DNA of 64,000 nucleotides, from NCBI GenBank assembly GCA_000004985.1, contig GG738901.1. One strand, given 5' to 3'. How positions within the stretch are numbered: position 1 is the stretch's first letter; the number at the start of each line of letters is the position of its first letter. The notes under the pieces are model-generated. The model searched no databases, was not told the origin of the DNA, and was given only the letters and a program-made list of their open reading frames with translations. Both the position numbers and the translations under genes were made by a program. Of the stretch, positions 63,790 through 64,000 are shown in pieces. Source of the stretch: Naegleria gruberi. Its lineage: Eukaryota.

Positions 63790-64000
63790 TCATTTGAATT
63801 TAATAATTCGTCCTGAACTAGCAATCAATAATTCGCCAGAACGTTCATCCAAACAAATTCCAGTAATTTTCCCATCCATTTTGTGTTCCTTTACAATTTC
63901 CAAATCGCTTCTTCTCAAAACTAAAACGCTATCAGTAAAGGTATTGGTAAGAATAATATATTGTCTTGATGAGTCATAAACTATTCCATAAAAGTCACTT
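63790..64000 (-). CDS. 3' end of a gene running off the window edge, possibly beta-propeller (NHL/WD-like).
   Basis: The minus-strand frame is open from the window end to the TGA at 63792-63790. It encodes ...SDFYGIVYDSSRQYIILTNTFTDSVLVLRRSDLEIVKEHKMDGKITGICLDERSGELLIASSGRIIKFK. Confidence 0.35.
   Translation of the reverse strand, partial: SDFYGIVYDSSRQYIILTNTFTDSVLVLRRSDLEIVKEHKMDGKITGICLDERSGELLIASSGRIIKFK

Noticed and set aside
1-64000. Considered a bacterial or giant-virus origin. The sequence is AT-rich, has many intron-poor long ORFs, tRNAs, and LRR and F-box-like expansions.
   Set aside because: Multiple genes require GT..AG spliceosomal introns to restore frame and homology: La, 14-3-3, the PLP-decarboxylase, the 7TM gene and the kinase-cyclase. 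tRNAs lack encoded CCA and are followed by T-runs. Together these indicate a eukaryotic nuclear genome.
1-64000. Searched for CRISPR arrays, rRNA genes, and transposase or integrase ORFs.
   Set aside because: No regular repeat-spacer array, no rRNA-like conserved stretches, and no recognisable transposase, reverse transcriptase or integrase motifs were seen. The only repeats are the segmental duplication and short diverged direct repeats.

Overview
This 64-kb window is AT-rich (~67% A+T) nuclear DNA from a eukaryote, not a prokaryote or virus. Several genes only become open or homologous once short GT..AG introns are removed. Donors seen are GTAAGT, GTATGT, GTAGGT, GTTTGT and GTATGC, and intron lengths fall in two classes of about 43-62 nt and 93-175 nt. 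Three tRNA genes lack an encoded CCA and have T-runs downstream. Gene density is about one gene per 1.5-2 kb on both strands. Recognisable products include poly(ADP-ribose) glycohydrolase, a 14-3-3 protein, gluconokinase, a La protein, a serpin, a group II PLP-dependent decarboxylase, a UvrD-type helicase fused to a RecB-like nuclease, two paralogous F-box/RNI-type LRR proteins and further F-box-like proteins, two AT-hook proteins, a RING-B-box-coiled-coil (TRIM-like) protein, a TM2-domain protein, and a Cys-rich secreted repeat protein. A signalling neighbourhood lies at 29.8-42 kb: a four-exon 7TM receptor-like gene, a divergent G-alpha-like gene, a ~2030-aa three-exon gene encoding Ser/Thr kinase, STAND P-loop NTPase and class III adenylyl cyclase, and an LRR protein. 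Other notable points follow. An ~860-bp segmental duplication about 4 kb apart (2593-3450 and 6611-7470) fuses a membrane-protein gene copy to foreign 5' sequence. A C-terminal ubiquitin-like domain ends exactly in RLRGG-stop. Reading frames shift at three T5/T6 homopolymer runs, and one gene carries an in-frame TAA; these could be assembly indels or real pseudogenes. Two GC-richer, mutually similar non-coding elements (240-500 and 48260-48500) may be structured RNAs. A plausible source is an amoeboid or heterolobosean-like protist, but that is a low-confidence inference. All splice junctions were derived by hand from the sequence and need RNA evidence.
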